Shown here piece by piece: positions 26,377 to 39,771 of a stretch of DNA of 64,000 nucleotides. Position 1 is the stretch's first letter; each line of letters starts with the position of its first letter. A program made the position numbers and the translations under genes. The stretch covers positions 65,356,713 to 65,420,712 of the forward strand of contig NC_068984.1 of NCBI RefSeq assembly GCF_001194135.2, in the 5' to 3' direction. The DNA is from Octopus bimaculoides. Lineage: Eukaryota. The notes beneath the pieces are model-generated. The model made no database searches. It had not been told where the DNA came from and saw only the letters and a list, made by a program, of their open reading frames with translations.

Positions 26377-29300
26377 CCTAGCTTTATAAAATACTCGATA
26401 TTTATCACAATTTTATCAAGAAGAGATCCAGACCCCATGCATTTAAGCTGCTGTTCTAGTGTTTTTATAGCTGGTACAATGTTTTATTCCAGACATTTTA
26501 TACATATTTTTTTGCATGCTGTGCCTACTATACTGGATATAAAGAGCAGCATAATATCTCATTAATGTTTAAGAAAATCATCTCACTAAACATAACAGGA
26601 AACTGCTAAGGTGGCTATAAATAAAGCTATATTAATAAGAGATCCATAAAAGTTCTTTCTCTGATGAGAATACTAACAACTCCAGAGTGGTTGTACCAGG
26701 AAGATGAGCTGGTTCCCTTGCAGCAGCTAGTTAAAACAGAAGAATGAAAGCCTTGATGAATGGCTGGGAGGGTATTTGAACCATCGAAGAACAAATAAAT
26801 AATTTTTATGGAAAAAGGGTTTTCAAACTTTGAATTGTACTTCAACTACGGTAACCAGCCTTTGAAAATATAATTTGAACTTTGATACCAAGGTAGTTCA
26901 GATAGAATATATCGCTGCAATATGTAACAGCTCTACAGAAGTTTGGCGTATTATACACGTCTTTATCAGTTGGAAACAGAGGGAAGAATCTGGAATATGC
27001 AAGTCTGTAGCATCATAAACCAGGCTTGTCTAACTAGAATGGATATATTTTAAGTAGAATGCTTAAACTAACTCAACCAAAATGAAAGCTCTGAAGTTCC
27101 TTGCAGTTACAGATTAGACTGCCAAAGCCTCATATCCGATATAACAGAAGATAGATTGTAATAACAGTAATATACAGAATTCACAGACAGACTGTAAATA
27201 CAGTACAAAACATGTTCAGTGAGCAGTAAAACTTTTATACATGTGGTCTTTTTCCCCAAACGTACACATTGACCAACACTTTTCTGGATACAACTATCAA
27301 TATATCACAGACCCATAAAAAATAAATCATATCAATTGAAAGAATGTACATTTTTTTAAGAAATAAATACATCAACATCAATAGTCCTTTTTTATATTAA
27401 CAGTGTAGTAAAAGGAAAACGGTTTATTATGTTTCTCTTTTTGGACTACACATTTTATAAACATTGATGTTGTTAGTTATAGGTTTCCAATGTACCAATG
27501 TTTGGTTCATGGGAGTTCTAATGGTCACAGTTTAGGAGAGCATTAACTTTAAATAAGAATTGAATCATATAATAGTGACCCATCCAATCCATGCCAATAT
27601 GGAAAATGAACATTAAAAACAATTATGTTGATGATATATGTGAATATAAATTAACCAGCACATGAATATGTATGCACACATGTACCCACAAACATGCATA
27701 CACACATTTTAGCATGTTCTTCCATGTTGAGAAACAAGTGTATTTATTTCTAAAATAGAGAAAAGCAAATTCTGATTCCTGAAGCTTTATTTTGATTGCT
27801 TTCTCAATGCATATTAACTGTACTTAATGCATGCAATTTGATAGAATTTTAAGAACTTCTCCAAATCTTCAGCTGCAGGAAAGGATCAGGAAAGCAATTT
27901 CTTTCAGTATTTGCTGATTAAAAGATAACACTGGATATTATTCTTGCCTTGAACTTTTATTATCTTTAATCTTCATTATTACTATTATTCAATTATTTTT
28001 ATCATGATAATCATTAATAACACTATTATTGCAGCAGTAATAGTAGCAGCAGCAGTAGCAGACACATTAAAAGGTGTAGTAGTATCAGAAGCTGTTGAAG
28101 GCAAAATTAAATGCTTGATACATTTAGTCTTTTGTGTATGTATGCTCTCGGGATGCATACTGCATGAATTCCTCCAGAATTACATTACTGAATTCTATAC
28201 CAGATGTGTATTGAGGAAACTCAAACAATCCATTTCCACCAATGCATTATCAGTCTTATTTTATTACATTATTACTATACTTTCTATCCTTGGCTCAACA
28301 AAAATTCCCTCCCTCTCTCCCCATGCAGCATTTTTATTACTTCTTTGTATAAAAGGATAAAGCTCGTAATCTTCAGTAATAGTTGAAATGATGTTGGATC
28401 ACTTTGAGAGCCTAAGATTGAATTTAGTTGATCCATTTAGGCTCATAATGGAGCAAGGAGTAAAATAACCATGAATTAGGCTTATTAGTTCAATGGCTCG
28501 TATTTATTTTCTTTTGGAAGAGTAAGAGCCACATTGCAATCCTAAATCTTTTAGAAAGTTCAGCATATAACCAAGGACAGAAATGGCCAACAAAATTAAA
28601 AAGGGAAGACAGTACTTATCTTTAAACAATTAAAACAAAAAAACAAAAAGCAAACAAAAAAGTATTACAATGGATCGTGTTTTTATCAAAGGAAATACGC
28701 ACACATCGCACCCATTTCTACTTTCTAGCTCAGATTTTATCAAATTCCATCATACTTAGTTGCAAGACTAGATAGTTGTTTGAATACTACATGGTTCTTT
28801 GAACACAATGTGGCTGCTATAATATATAATCACTGAAGCATCAACCGATTATGTGGTTTGTTGGATACAGTTTTATTTCACCCATTTTATGCATTCTAAC
28901 CTTAGGCTCTGTCATAGCTATTTTATTATTTCATATTTCATGTTTAAAGTTATTTAGTTTTCATAATTTAGTTTATGTTTAATAGCATACTTTATAACAT
29001 TACTACCTTGCCTTTTTTTCTTGCAAGCAATCTAACATAGAGCAATATAGAATATCCAAAATGGATAATGTGTCAATCTATAGGCTTTTGCATCATAAAT
29101 TTATATTCAAACAAGGTTGCAAAATTGCATTCTTGAGGACATCACTTAATTTCATCTGCTTCAAATTGCTTTATTGGAAATTAAGCACAAGCAGATGAGA
29201 AACTTAGTGAGAAAGCAGCAATGTGGTTAGTTAATTTGACAATTGGTTTATTGACTTTAGCTCAAATTCTTACAATGCTAGTCTCATTCTGTAATAAATA

Positions 29301-31862
29301 AGAAAAAATTTTTTTTTTTTTGTCAAGAACCCAATCAACCACTAAACAGCCTTGAACACAGGAAAAATTTATAATGGAACAATTGCTACAAAGAGACATC
29401 TAATGGGATCATAAAGCTGTATTTAAGCAAACTAAATAATTATGAAGATTTATAAAGATGATGCAAATATTTTGTGGTTGGCAGAGTATTTATTATCTTT
29501 TCCTGAGTTAGTCGATATATAAAGAATTACGAAAGCTACCTGTATGATTAGATATAAAAATTAAAGTCCCTGATGCTTTAAGCCCTTAAACCATAAGAAT
29601 AAACAACTTGTGAAATATTAAATTTTGTTTCCTTACTTCCACTTTCGTATGTTTTATCATGTAAATAAGTAGAAAATGGGACTTTACTATCTGCTGTATA
29701 TTGCTCCATGTGCCCATGAGATAAAGCTATGTAAATATAATTTACTACTTATTGAGCTAGATAAGCTAGGTCACTGAAGGCATTTTAATACCAGCTTACG
29801 GATGCTATCATTGTAACTTCTATTTCACTCACAGATTACATTATATGAGGAAGGGGGGAAAATCAATATTCTCTTCAGACATCCATTCTTAACTTTCCTA
29901 ACAAGTTCCTTGACAAGCAAAATAAGATAAAAACTTGTGCTTTCTATTCCAGTTGTTAGGAGTTTATGTTATGTCAGCTTGAATATTTCAACTTTTAGCA
30001 AGTAACTTGCTGTATTAAGATAAAAAAAACGAAAAGACATGCAATGTCAGCTGCAGTACTGAAACGATTAATAAGAATATTTTGAATGAATAATTGAGCT
30101 TTGCTTTTACTTCAAATTACAAATAAATAAATATCTTTAATGAACAAAATCACAAGTAATAAATCTAAGTTTAGAAAGTATATCATATTTTTATGAATCC
30201 TAGACTACAAATTTACTCCAAAATTATGGGGCTATCCATTCCAATCAATGAAGCCAATACATAACAGTTCTTTCTTTAAGGAATTCATAACAGGCAGGAG
30301 AATTCCTTTCCTTACCATTGTGTCACACACTGATATAATACAAACATACCAAAACATATCTGTATTATTAAGAATATAGCGAAACAGTTATACAATGCTT
30401 GAAGCTTTTAACAATTTAGCAACTGTCTCATATCAGTTTTGTTTATTTTTGAAAAAAATGTTTTATTTCAATAATGAAAAATTTTTATGGCTATTTTCTT
30501 AATAGTTTTAAAGGTTTTAATTATAAGATATAAACCTAAAGATTAAAAGATTATAAATTTTGTTACAGCCATTGTTAAACTTCAATGAATTAGAAGCCTC
30601 ATAAATTATTTTACAAATACTTACAATCAATGAGCTGAATAACCTAAATGCAGAAATACGATGAAATAGGAGAGTAAAATTCAAAAGATATTTATTTTGA
30701 CTTCAAAAGTTTACCAAACTTAAATTTTCTTTTTATAAAACTGTAATGATAAGGGACTCAAAATAGGATTTAGTACCATAAGAAGGTATCTTTACATTCA
30801 AATGATGCTATCAAATCTTTATATTTTTTAAAATCTTTATCTCAAGGAAGGGACTACATAAATGGCTACTTTAAGGCTTATCAGATCAGTGGAACAGATA
30901 TGATTGATGGCTTTCTTGAACAAGTGTTATTTGACAACTGCAAAAAAAAAAAAAAAAAAAAAAATTTATGAGCAAAGAGAGAATTTCAAAGAGATGACAT
31001 TTTGGTGGAGGGAAATATAGTTTAGTGTGATTAATTTAGTATATGAAGGAGGAAAACAAGGGTAATGAGAAGAGGAGATATAAGCGAGATGGGTAGGCCT
31101 GAAAGGATGTGGTCAGAAACCAGTCATTTATGAGAAGCAGAAGCCTCTGTAGTACAAGAGGTAGAATGAGGAAGCAGCACATCTAAGAGAGAGTGAGAGA
31201 GAGGTTGGAGTGTGCTGGTGATTGATTTCATGTCAATCAATTAGGTGAGCATTTTGGGAATGAGGTCAAACATGTCTTAAATGTATTAATAACATTGACC
31301 CCCAATATGGCAGCACTATTCTAGTACAGGTCACACTTGAATTTTGTATAAGGGTTACTAACAGTTAAGAACTGGAGTTTCGAAGGCATTTTTTAAGGTT
31401 TTGTTTTTTATTTCCTTCTTTTTTCTTTCCGAAAAGAGAAAGCCAGACTTTGTGATATAGTTTTGCAAAGTAAGCAATGTGAGAACAACAGAAAAGATCA
31501 AAAAGTATTTAAGGCAACTTTCAGTGTTCTAATAATGTATTATTCATTAGAGCTGGTTGGATACAAGATTGTTTCCTTGATAAACATAGTTATTGTGTCT
31601 TTGCAAATTTGACTGGGATAAGATTGACTTGACTACTATTTATATATATGAAAATAAAAGTCATAATAACATCAGCTGAAGCATGTCATTTGGTTTTTGC
31701 AAATGTTTTTATAAGGCATTGAAATAAAGAAAACAAAACATAATTCATATGGCTGATATTCATCTATATTTAATTCCCATGGTTTTTCAAGACCATAAGA
31801 AATTAGATTTATAGGATCATGCTTGGATAATGAAAACAAATCAAATAGAAACCAAGCATATA

Positions 31863-32080
31863 GCATCATCATCGTTTATCTACATCATTGCTTTAACAAC
31901 TACTTTTCCATACTTGCATGAGTCACAAAGAATTCAGCAAGGCAGGTTTTCTTTGGCCAGATGCCTTTCCTGTTACCAATTCATACCTGTTTCCAAGCAA
32001 AATAGTAGTTTTAGATGTTTCCATGGGGATACCACTTCTAATGAGAGTGATGCTCATTTATAATGATACTATGATGTCAA
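31863..32080 (-). mobile_element. Family C-related (RTE-type) 3' tail, divergent subfamily
   Basis: Reverse complement has ttggtaacaggaaaggcatctggcc and gcaagtatggaaaagtagttgttaaagcaatgatg. Confidence 0.6.
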
Positions 32081-32134
32081 GATACGAAAACACAAATGTA
32101 CACTCATATGCTCATACACATGTGTATGTGTGTG

Positions 32135-32222
32135 TAGTATGGGTTAGATGGTTCGACAGAGCTGGTAAGCCAGAGAGCTGCACTAGGCTCCAGTCATCTG
32201 TTTTGGCTCAATTTCAATGGCT
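32135..32222 (-). mobile_element. Family C fragment
   Basis: Reverse complement gactggagcctagtgcagctctctggcttaccagctc...catctaacccatac matches 43220-43310. Confidence 0.6.
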
Positions 32223-32242
32223 CTGTGTGTGTGCATATACAC

Positions 32243-32595
32243 TTTTATTTGTTTCAGTCATTTGACCGTGGTCATGCTGGAACACCACCTTTAATCAAGC
32301 AAATCAACCCCAGGACTTATTCTTTGTAAGCCTGGTACTTATTCCATTGGTCTCTTTTGCCAAATTGCTAAGCTACGGGGATGTAAACACACCAACATCG
32401 GTTGTCAAGCAATGGTGGGGGGACAAACACAGACACACATGAAATATAAATATATATATATATATATATATACGATGGGCTTCTTTCAGTTTCCATCAAC
32501 CAAATTCACTCACAAAGCTTTGGTCGGCCCGAGTAGTAGACAACACTTGCCCAAGGAGCTATGCAGTGGGACTGAACCTGAAGACATCTGGATGC
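32243..32595 (-). mobile_element. SINE family A copy, head decayed
   Basis: tttcagtcatttgacc, ccccaggacttattc, tacgatgggcttctttcagtttcc, cacttgcccaagg. Confidence 0.85.
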
Positions 32596-34059
32596 ACCAA
32601 GTACAGAACATTTAACAAATAATAATGGTAGTAAAAAGAGGATAATATGAGCATGGCTGATAAAACTGATACAAAAAAGAAAAAGACAGAGTAGAGAAGG
32701 ATTGATGAATTGATGCCATATATAGGACAAGAATTGAAGAATGGACTTGTAATGCAAAATTATCAAAGTAGTCAAGTATAAAAAAGAAATGACTGTAAGA
32801 GAAATTTTCTGTCTCCATTTATAGATTTGGGAGATCACAGCAATAGTTAATAATGTATTAAATTATGGTAATGACATAATAATTTCTTACAACAAATTAA
32901 TTATATCTGACAACAACAACAATTAAATGAAAAGACATAGCCAATAAAAGTAATAGAAGTATGCTGAAATTGTGATTAATCACATTAAAAAAAAAGGGAG
33001 TCTGAATTGCTTTGTAAATATATCATTGTCTTTGAAACAAAGAGGGAAACATTCTATTAAACAATGTAACACTAATTCAAATATAAAAGAAAGAAAATAT
33101 AAAGCAGTTCCCTAAAAACTACTCAAGTTAAAATGTCTTTTCTGAAGGCAACTCTGCTCCTTTTGGAAAAATAAAAACTGTTTCCAATTATTAAGATTTA
33201 ATTATTTTAATTCTAGCATTACAAACAATCACTGTACAATGAACCAAGATATTTCTGATTGAAACAGGAGGAATTTTTCAAATTCTTCCAGCAACTGCCA
33301 CCTGTGACCATTATATTCATTTCTTTTCAAATTGGAGAAATATACTAAAGTTCAAGGAAATGAAATTTTGTTAAAATACTGAGAATGGCACAAAAGCTGA
33401 AACCCACACATGATTTTTAAAACAAAAGACTATAATATCATATTAATCAATCAGTTCCTTCATAAATAAAGAATTGGATATGATCAATAATTGGGTTTCA
33501 ACACTGAATAACCAATTATTTAGCTTTGGTTGGAACATTTACTTTGATTTTTATACAACTTTTCTCTGGTTATAATTTTTCCATTAACTTCCACAAGCAA
33601 AAACAGATATGAATACTCCATGGCATTTATTTTATATTGCTCTCATACTCCAAAGCAACAAATTAGTTATTCATTTAATATGTCAGTGGCAATATACTGA
33701 CTTTGGTACAAACAACAGTATGCTAGAAACCAATGAAAACATTCTGGATATCACATCAGACTCTGAGAGTACACACACACAATTTCCCAATACCAGTGTA
33801 CATAAATTAGAACAATATATCATAGAATTCTGGAAGCATAAACTATAGAAGATTTCTGATACAATTACATGTGCAACTATTCAACCACATTAGAAATCTA
33901 CAGACTATAACACCTATGAAAACCATTCTAAATCCATTGTTTCACTTGTCTGATCAAGACAAAATAAACACGGTATAAAACAGAAAACACAGAGAAGCTC
34001 CAACTAATAACTAGTTCAAGTCTGTATTGAAACATTTGTGAAGAAGAATTGATGATGAG

Positions 34060-34245
34060 AAGGGGGAGGAGGAGAGATGATGATTAAGATGAGATGGTGG
34101 TGGTGGAGGTGGAGGAGTGGACGATGACGATGATCCTAACAATGACAAAGATGTTGAGGAGGAGGATGACGATGATGACAACAATGACAAAAGTGTTGAT
34201 GAAGACAAATAAGGATAATGTCAAAGATGATGATGATGATGATGA
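34060..34245. repeat. GAT/GAG/GGT trinucleotide low-complexity tract
   Basis: Direct. Confidence 0.8.
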
Positions 34246-35690
34246 AATTAATATTTTTTATTAAAACAAGCAATATAAATTTTTCTTTTAATTTATCCGT
34301 TTTTAACTATTTCTTTATTACCAATCTAAAACTGAAGTATAAAAGGTTTTATAAACCCTTTTCAGTTTCTTAAAAATGTTAAATCCAATAAAGATATTCA
34401 AAGAACAAAATGAAGGACTTTCTATGTTTATAATGAAAATATAAAAACTCAACAAATATTTCCACAATATTAATATTTCAGGAATAACTAGCCAATATGT
34501 TATATCACATGAAAATGAAAATGGTAAGCCTTTCACTGCAAAATTAAGAATTAGACAGATATTGGTATACCCCCAATTTTGGCTTTCTGCTTTCTGACGA
34601 TCATGATAGCTGATCCATTTAGTAACTTTTAAGGATGAAAGAGCCAATGGAAAATATGAGAAAAAGCAAACTCTTTACTAACCACAAAGATATAGGTGTT
34701 AGCTAAGATAAATTTTATCTTGGATATCTATCAGGGGGAATGAATCAGTTCATAGCACATTTCTTATTTACTGACACTCTATATAGTTTTTGCTCGAACA
34801 GCCTCAGAGTCAATTTCCATATATATATATATATATGGTAATCCTGCAAAGCCAATCAACCATGGAGTAAAACAGAAATTCTGGCAGAAGGTATCTGTTG
34901 ATTTTGATAAACCATTTAGAAATGAATTGCTCACTAACCTCTTCAACTTTCTAATGCTTCATTTTCAATGCTTTTTCCATTTCCTACTCTCTAACAGTAT
35001 CTTCACATTTACTGTTAAAGAATCTAATATGAATGATTCTACATTCAAATGAAAGGTTGTAAATCCTATTAGTGTTTCTTTGTCTTACAAACAGCACACC
35101 CATACAGACTTACAATGTGCTTCTATCACTACTTTATCCAGAAGATGAGGTCAAGTGGTCTTGAAACATTAATGGACGTGGTTCTGAACTAAATGACTAA
35201 TGAAAAAAAATATGAAAAAATCATTCATAAAAAGGTTTAAGCTCAAACAAAGTCGTGTCTTTAATATATTCCTGGAAAGAATTATATTCCTACATATATA
35301 ATTAAAGGCCCACATAAATATACATGACTTGGGACAGATTTTGAAGTCTGTGCCGAATGGGAATAAGTTGCAAGACCCTTGCTGAACCCTCCTTCGAAAA
35401 TAGTTTGCTTTTTCTCATATTTTTCCTTTGCACCTGTATCCTTAATAGTTACTAAATGGATTGTCTTTCATGATCATCAGAATGCAGAAAGCTAGAATTA
35501 GGGGTATACCAATAGCTGGAAAATCTACCATAACTGTCTAATCATTCATGACACAGTGAAAGGTTTACCATGGAGTCATGGGAGAGAGTAACTGATCTCT
35601 CACAATACTCTTACACTGCAGTATAGTTGATGGTAAGAGTGGAAGAGCAGTGGGGGGGGGGAAATCGATTGGTATTTTATTTGAATAACT

Positions 35691-35746
35691 CCAGGTAGGT
35701 GAAAGACAAAGTTAACCATGATGGAATTTGAACTCAGAAACCAAAG
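35691..35746 (-). mobile_element. SINE family B fragment
   Basis: gaaagacaaagttaacc...gaatttgaactcagaa. Confidence 0.55.
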
Positions 35747-38119
35747 AACCAATATAACCACCATTGAGTACATGTACTCACACATCCATAGATTTTGCAC
35801 ATTGAAAGAATAATGCAAATCATGAACTATCAAAAGAACTCTAGGCAAACCAGCAGAGTAACAGATAAAGTATCTAAAAAGATAACTGAATGCAAAAAAT
35901 ATGTTTGCTTCCTTCTTGATATACTCATGAGTTTCCACCCACTGGGTAAACGAAAGCATATAGAAAGTCTAAACATTTTACAGTCTGACAAAGCCAACAA
36001 TGAAATTTCAAAATTACTGTCAATCACATGTGTATCTATATGTATATGTGTGTGCTGTGAATGAATGTATGGATGAATATCTGTAAGTATGTAAACGTAT
36101 GTATACATGTATGAATACATGTATGTGAGTATATCCATATGCCTCATCACATTTTTTTATCATCTTTAACTGAAACTGGATAATACTTTTTTTCATGATT
36201 CATATTTACTTTTAGAATTATGTCAAGAATTTACCATTTCTACAGAGAAATAGCTTAGAATTGTGCAATGCAGATTTTCTAATGTTTTCTGATGTATATA
36301 ACTTTTACTGTTTTAAAATCATCAAATTGTCTGCAATGGACATTGGGGAAGAAAAGATATATAGCTGGTAGAGTCAATAACATCAAAAATAGAAAGGTCA
36401 ATCTACTGAAAATAGGAAACAAAGAATATATTGACCATATTTACCAAAGATGATATATAGTGAACATTGTTATATTCTAAAGATTTTTATCAAAACCATA
36501 TAACAGGGAAAACATTGCACACAAACTCTTATGATAGCTTCTTGAAAACAGAAAAAAATAATCCGTAATTATAGCTTATGAATATCTCTAAAAGTGGTTA
36601 GGTTTGGATTCTCAATGATTACTTGAAAATAAATAGAAATCAAAACTATTAGTAATAACAAAAATAAGTGTCTAAGGCCTAACTTTGATATTTAAATTGT
36701 TAATATATTTTTATATTTATGGTACTTGTAATGTAGGGACACCATATTTCGTTATGTAACCATAATATATACTACAAAGTATATTAGACACTTTATGAGT
36801 CAATATTGTGTCCCCACAATTAGTTAATATGTATGTACCAGCTGCCAGGAATGTGCTTAATATGTAAAATTAGTATGTCCAATAATGTTAAACTGCTATA
36901 TTTAGTGGCTGTTTGAGCAATGAGTTCGTGGATAGTTGATGGGTTGGATGTGGTGCTGAAGAAGAAGAAAGAGCTCCTGAAACTCTATGCATATACACTC
37001 ATTACCTATTTTCCCACCTTCAATTGCATTTTTGTTTACATTAAATGTATTCAGATATGAAAGATCATAACAAATCAGTACTGGCTATAATTTCAATAGA
37101 AAATCTGTAGAGATAACCTTAACTTGCAAAGACTTATATCTTTATATACAGTTCAATAATTCAAGAGTATGGGTTTACTTGGCTATCATTTATATGATAG
37201 AATAGCCTTACTTAGCTCCTTAAGGAAATCATATGAAATTTAAACTATTTGATATCAGTAATGGTTTGATTTTACACTGCTTTTGGCTGGTTTCTGCACC
37301 CCCCCCAAAAAAAAAGAAACACATTCAATTGCTTTTGTTGTTCATATTTTTTAGATATTTTTACAGATTTGGGACTTGCTTTTTGTCCAATTCTTAAATG
37401 TATTGACAATCATATAATTGGTCCATCTGATATAACCAATAAATTCTGTAACCAACAAAATATAAGGTGATATTTGAGATATAAATTTGATTTTACTTTC
37501 TATAAAAATACTCACAAGTACTTAAAAGAATGGTAGGACTTGGTTTATTTATATATCATACTCATTTGTTTGACAACTAAAATTATTATTAGTTTATCTT
37601 ATATTAGTGTTATAATGTTTTCCAGAATTACAGCAATCTTCCCTCTTAACTTGATGAATTAATTACTCAACCTACTTTTGTCAGTTTCTGCATAGGCAGT
37701 GTTCAGAATCTTTTGGCAATGACCATCTATAAACATCAAGATATAACTGTTATATTGATGATAGCTATGGTTCTTAAAGATACTCCTACATATACTCCAT
37801 CTTAAGGAACTGTTAGAAACATATTCAGTACACAACTGTACACATGAGTTTAGCATCAGTAAAAATATATTCTCACGGGAACACTTAGGTTACAACTGCT
37901 TATAACCAAACTACTAATAGTTATGTTTATGTTAATATCCATAGTCTTTGCCACGTAGTTAAAACATTTATGCCTAATAATCACTTCTATAAGTTACTAT
38001 GTTCCAACAAGCAATTATTTCCTGATGAAATTTTCTGAATAAAGCATATTCATGTCAATAATGACATATACAAATAGCTAATATTATAAATAGATGTACA
38101 GTAATATATAACCAAATGG

Positions 38120-38152
<33 letters not shown>

Positions 38153-38533
38153 NNNNNNNNNNNNNNNNNNNNNNNNNNNNNNNNNNNNNNNNNNNNNNNN
38201 NNNNNNNNNNNNNNNNNNNNNNTGTGTGTGTGTGTGTGTGTATCTCCATTACTCACATTATTTACCTGTATGTTTATATATAAAATATTATCTATTAACA
38301 TATACCATTATTGACTTTATAGAGTGTATTACCTTTATCTGAAGTGAGGTGTGGAATATCGGTGTTACAATGTCTATGTTTAAATTGAATTATTATACCA
38401 TCTGCTAGCACACATACATGAGTACTCACACATAGAAGCACATGGTTCAATAGTAGAATTTAAACAAATTAAACATATTGTGCACTCCACAACTTCAAGT
38501 GCACACAACCACAAACAGATTAAAGATCCAGGG

Positions 38534-38861
38534 AAATATTTGATGGCCTATAAGACACCCAAAAATGACTTTAAAACCCCCCCCTGCATCCAATGCACTC
38601 AATGCAGGCTGAAAACTCACTCAAAACGCTATGTATGTTTATAAAACGTGTACTGCCAACTATTGGTGAACAATCACCTATGGTATGTTTATATCAAATG
38701 TGGATGCAATAAATTGCTTGTAATTACTGGTAATAACATAAAGTTATACAGGTAAGTGGAGGAATTAAAACATTATTTTAGCAGTAATTTATTTTACAAA
38801 AGTGTAGCCTAGGCTAGGGTGCATCCTATGTTGTGTCTATTATGAGCCATCAAATATGGTA
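38534..38861. mobile_element. Tc2/pogo-type MITE (Tc1/mariner superfamily), about 325 bp
   Basis: Exact 12-bp inverted match ATATTTGATGGC (38536-38547) / GCCATCAAATAT (38846-38857), extending imperfectly to ...ataagacac; right end GG+TA; subterminal gggtgcatcctat. TIR style resembles Tc2-like CCGTATTT..ATAAGACGCAC. Confidence 0.55.
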
Positions 38862-39168
38862 ATTAAATTGAGCGTTTTAAGTATGAAAGTCAACAAAAAC
38901 TATAAATTATACATAAAAATAACAACTGACTGAAACAGTTAGTTGTAAGCAAGAAGGCAAACATAGCAACCAAGAAAAGCACATGCTGATGTATTCCTAG
39001 ATTTATACTGTGAGTAATAGATGGGATGGGCACAATTGGAATTACTTTGCTCTGAGGTCTGCTTGATTAAGGTTGAGCTAGTGTTAAACAACAACCTAAC
39101 ACAAAATAACTTGTTGATAACACTCTTACTCTATACAAGATTAAATATCACACTTACTAAGAGTTAGC

Positions 39169-39414
39169 TCAAACTTTTTGTGACCATATTGCTCTCCTTA
39201 CTCTTTACTCTTTTACTTGTTTCAGTCATTTGACTGCGGCCATGCTGGAGCACTGCCTTTAGTCGAAAAAATCGACCCCAGGACTTATTCTTCGGAAGCC
39301 TAGTACTTATTCTATCGGTCTCTTTTGCCGAACTGCTAAGTTACAGGGACGTAAACACACCAGCATCGGTTGTCAAGCGATGTTGGGGGGACAAACACAG
39401 ACACACAAACATAT

Positions 39415-39461
<47 letters not shown>

Positions 39462-39771
39462 TACGATGGGCTTCTTTCAGTTTCCGTCTACCAAATCCAC
39501 CCACAAGGCTTTGGTCGACCCAAGGCTATAGCAGAAGACACTTGCCCAAGGTGCCACGCAGTGGGACTGAACCCAGAACCATTTGGTTGGTAAGCAAGCT
39601 ACTTACCACACAACCACTCCCGTGTTGAAATACCCTAACTTCATTTCAGTTAATTTTGAAAATATTGAAGAATTTAATAAAAAAATGAAGCAGGTTTAAT
39701 TTAGATCACTTTAAAACAGGAAGTATTAAAACCAAGACAAGTCTCAAGCCGGTTGGTATCAAAAGGATTAA
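39169..39771. mobile_element. piggyBac-like (TTAA-ended) MITE interrupted by a SINE
   Basis: Right end TGGTATCAAAAGGATTAA (39754-39771) vs left TCAAACTTTTTGTGACCA (39169-39186), 13/18 inverted; body resumes at 39625 after the SINE. Confidence 0.5.
39198..39621 (-). mobile_element. SINE family A, full length, well preserved
   Basis: Reverse complement aligns to 8561-8970 with high identity; many CpGs retained. Confidence 0.9.

Noticed and set aside
26627-27200. Exon or pseudogene in a GC-richer island
   Set aside because: All six frames are interrupted by stops and I recognise no motif.
36732-36818. 17-bp inverted repeat (15/17) as a tiny MITE
   Set aside because: Single occurrence, no TSD; insufficient support.
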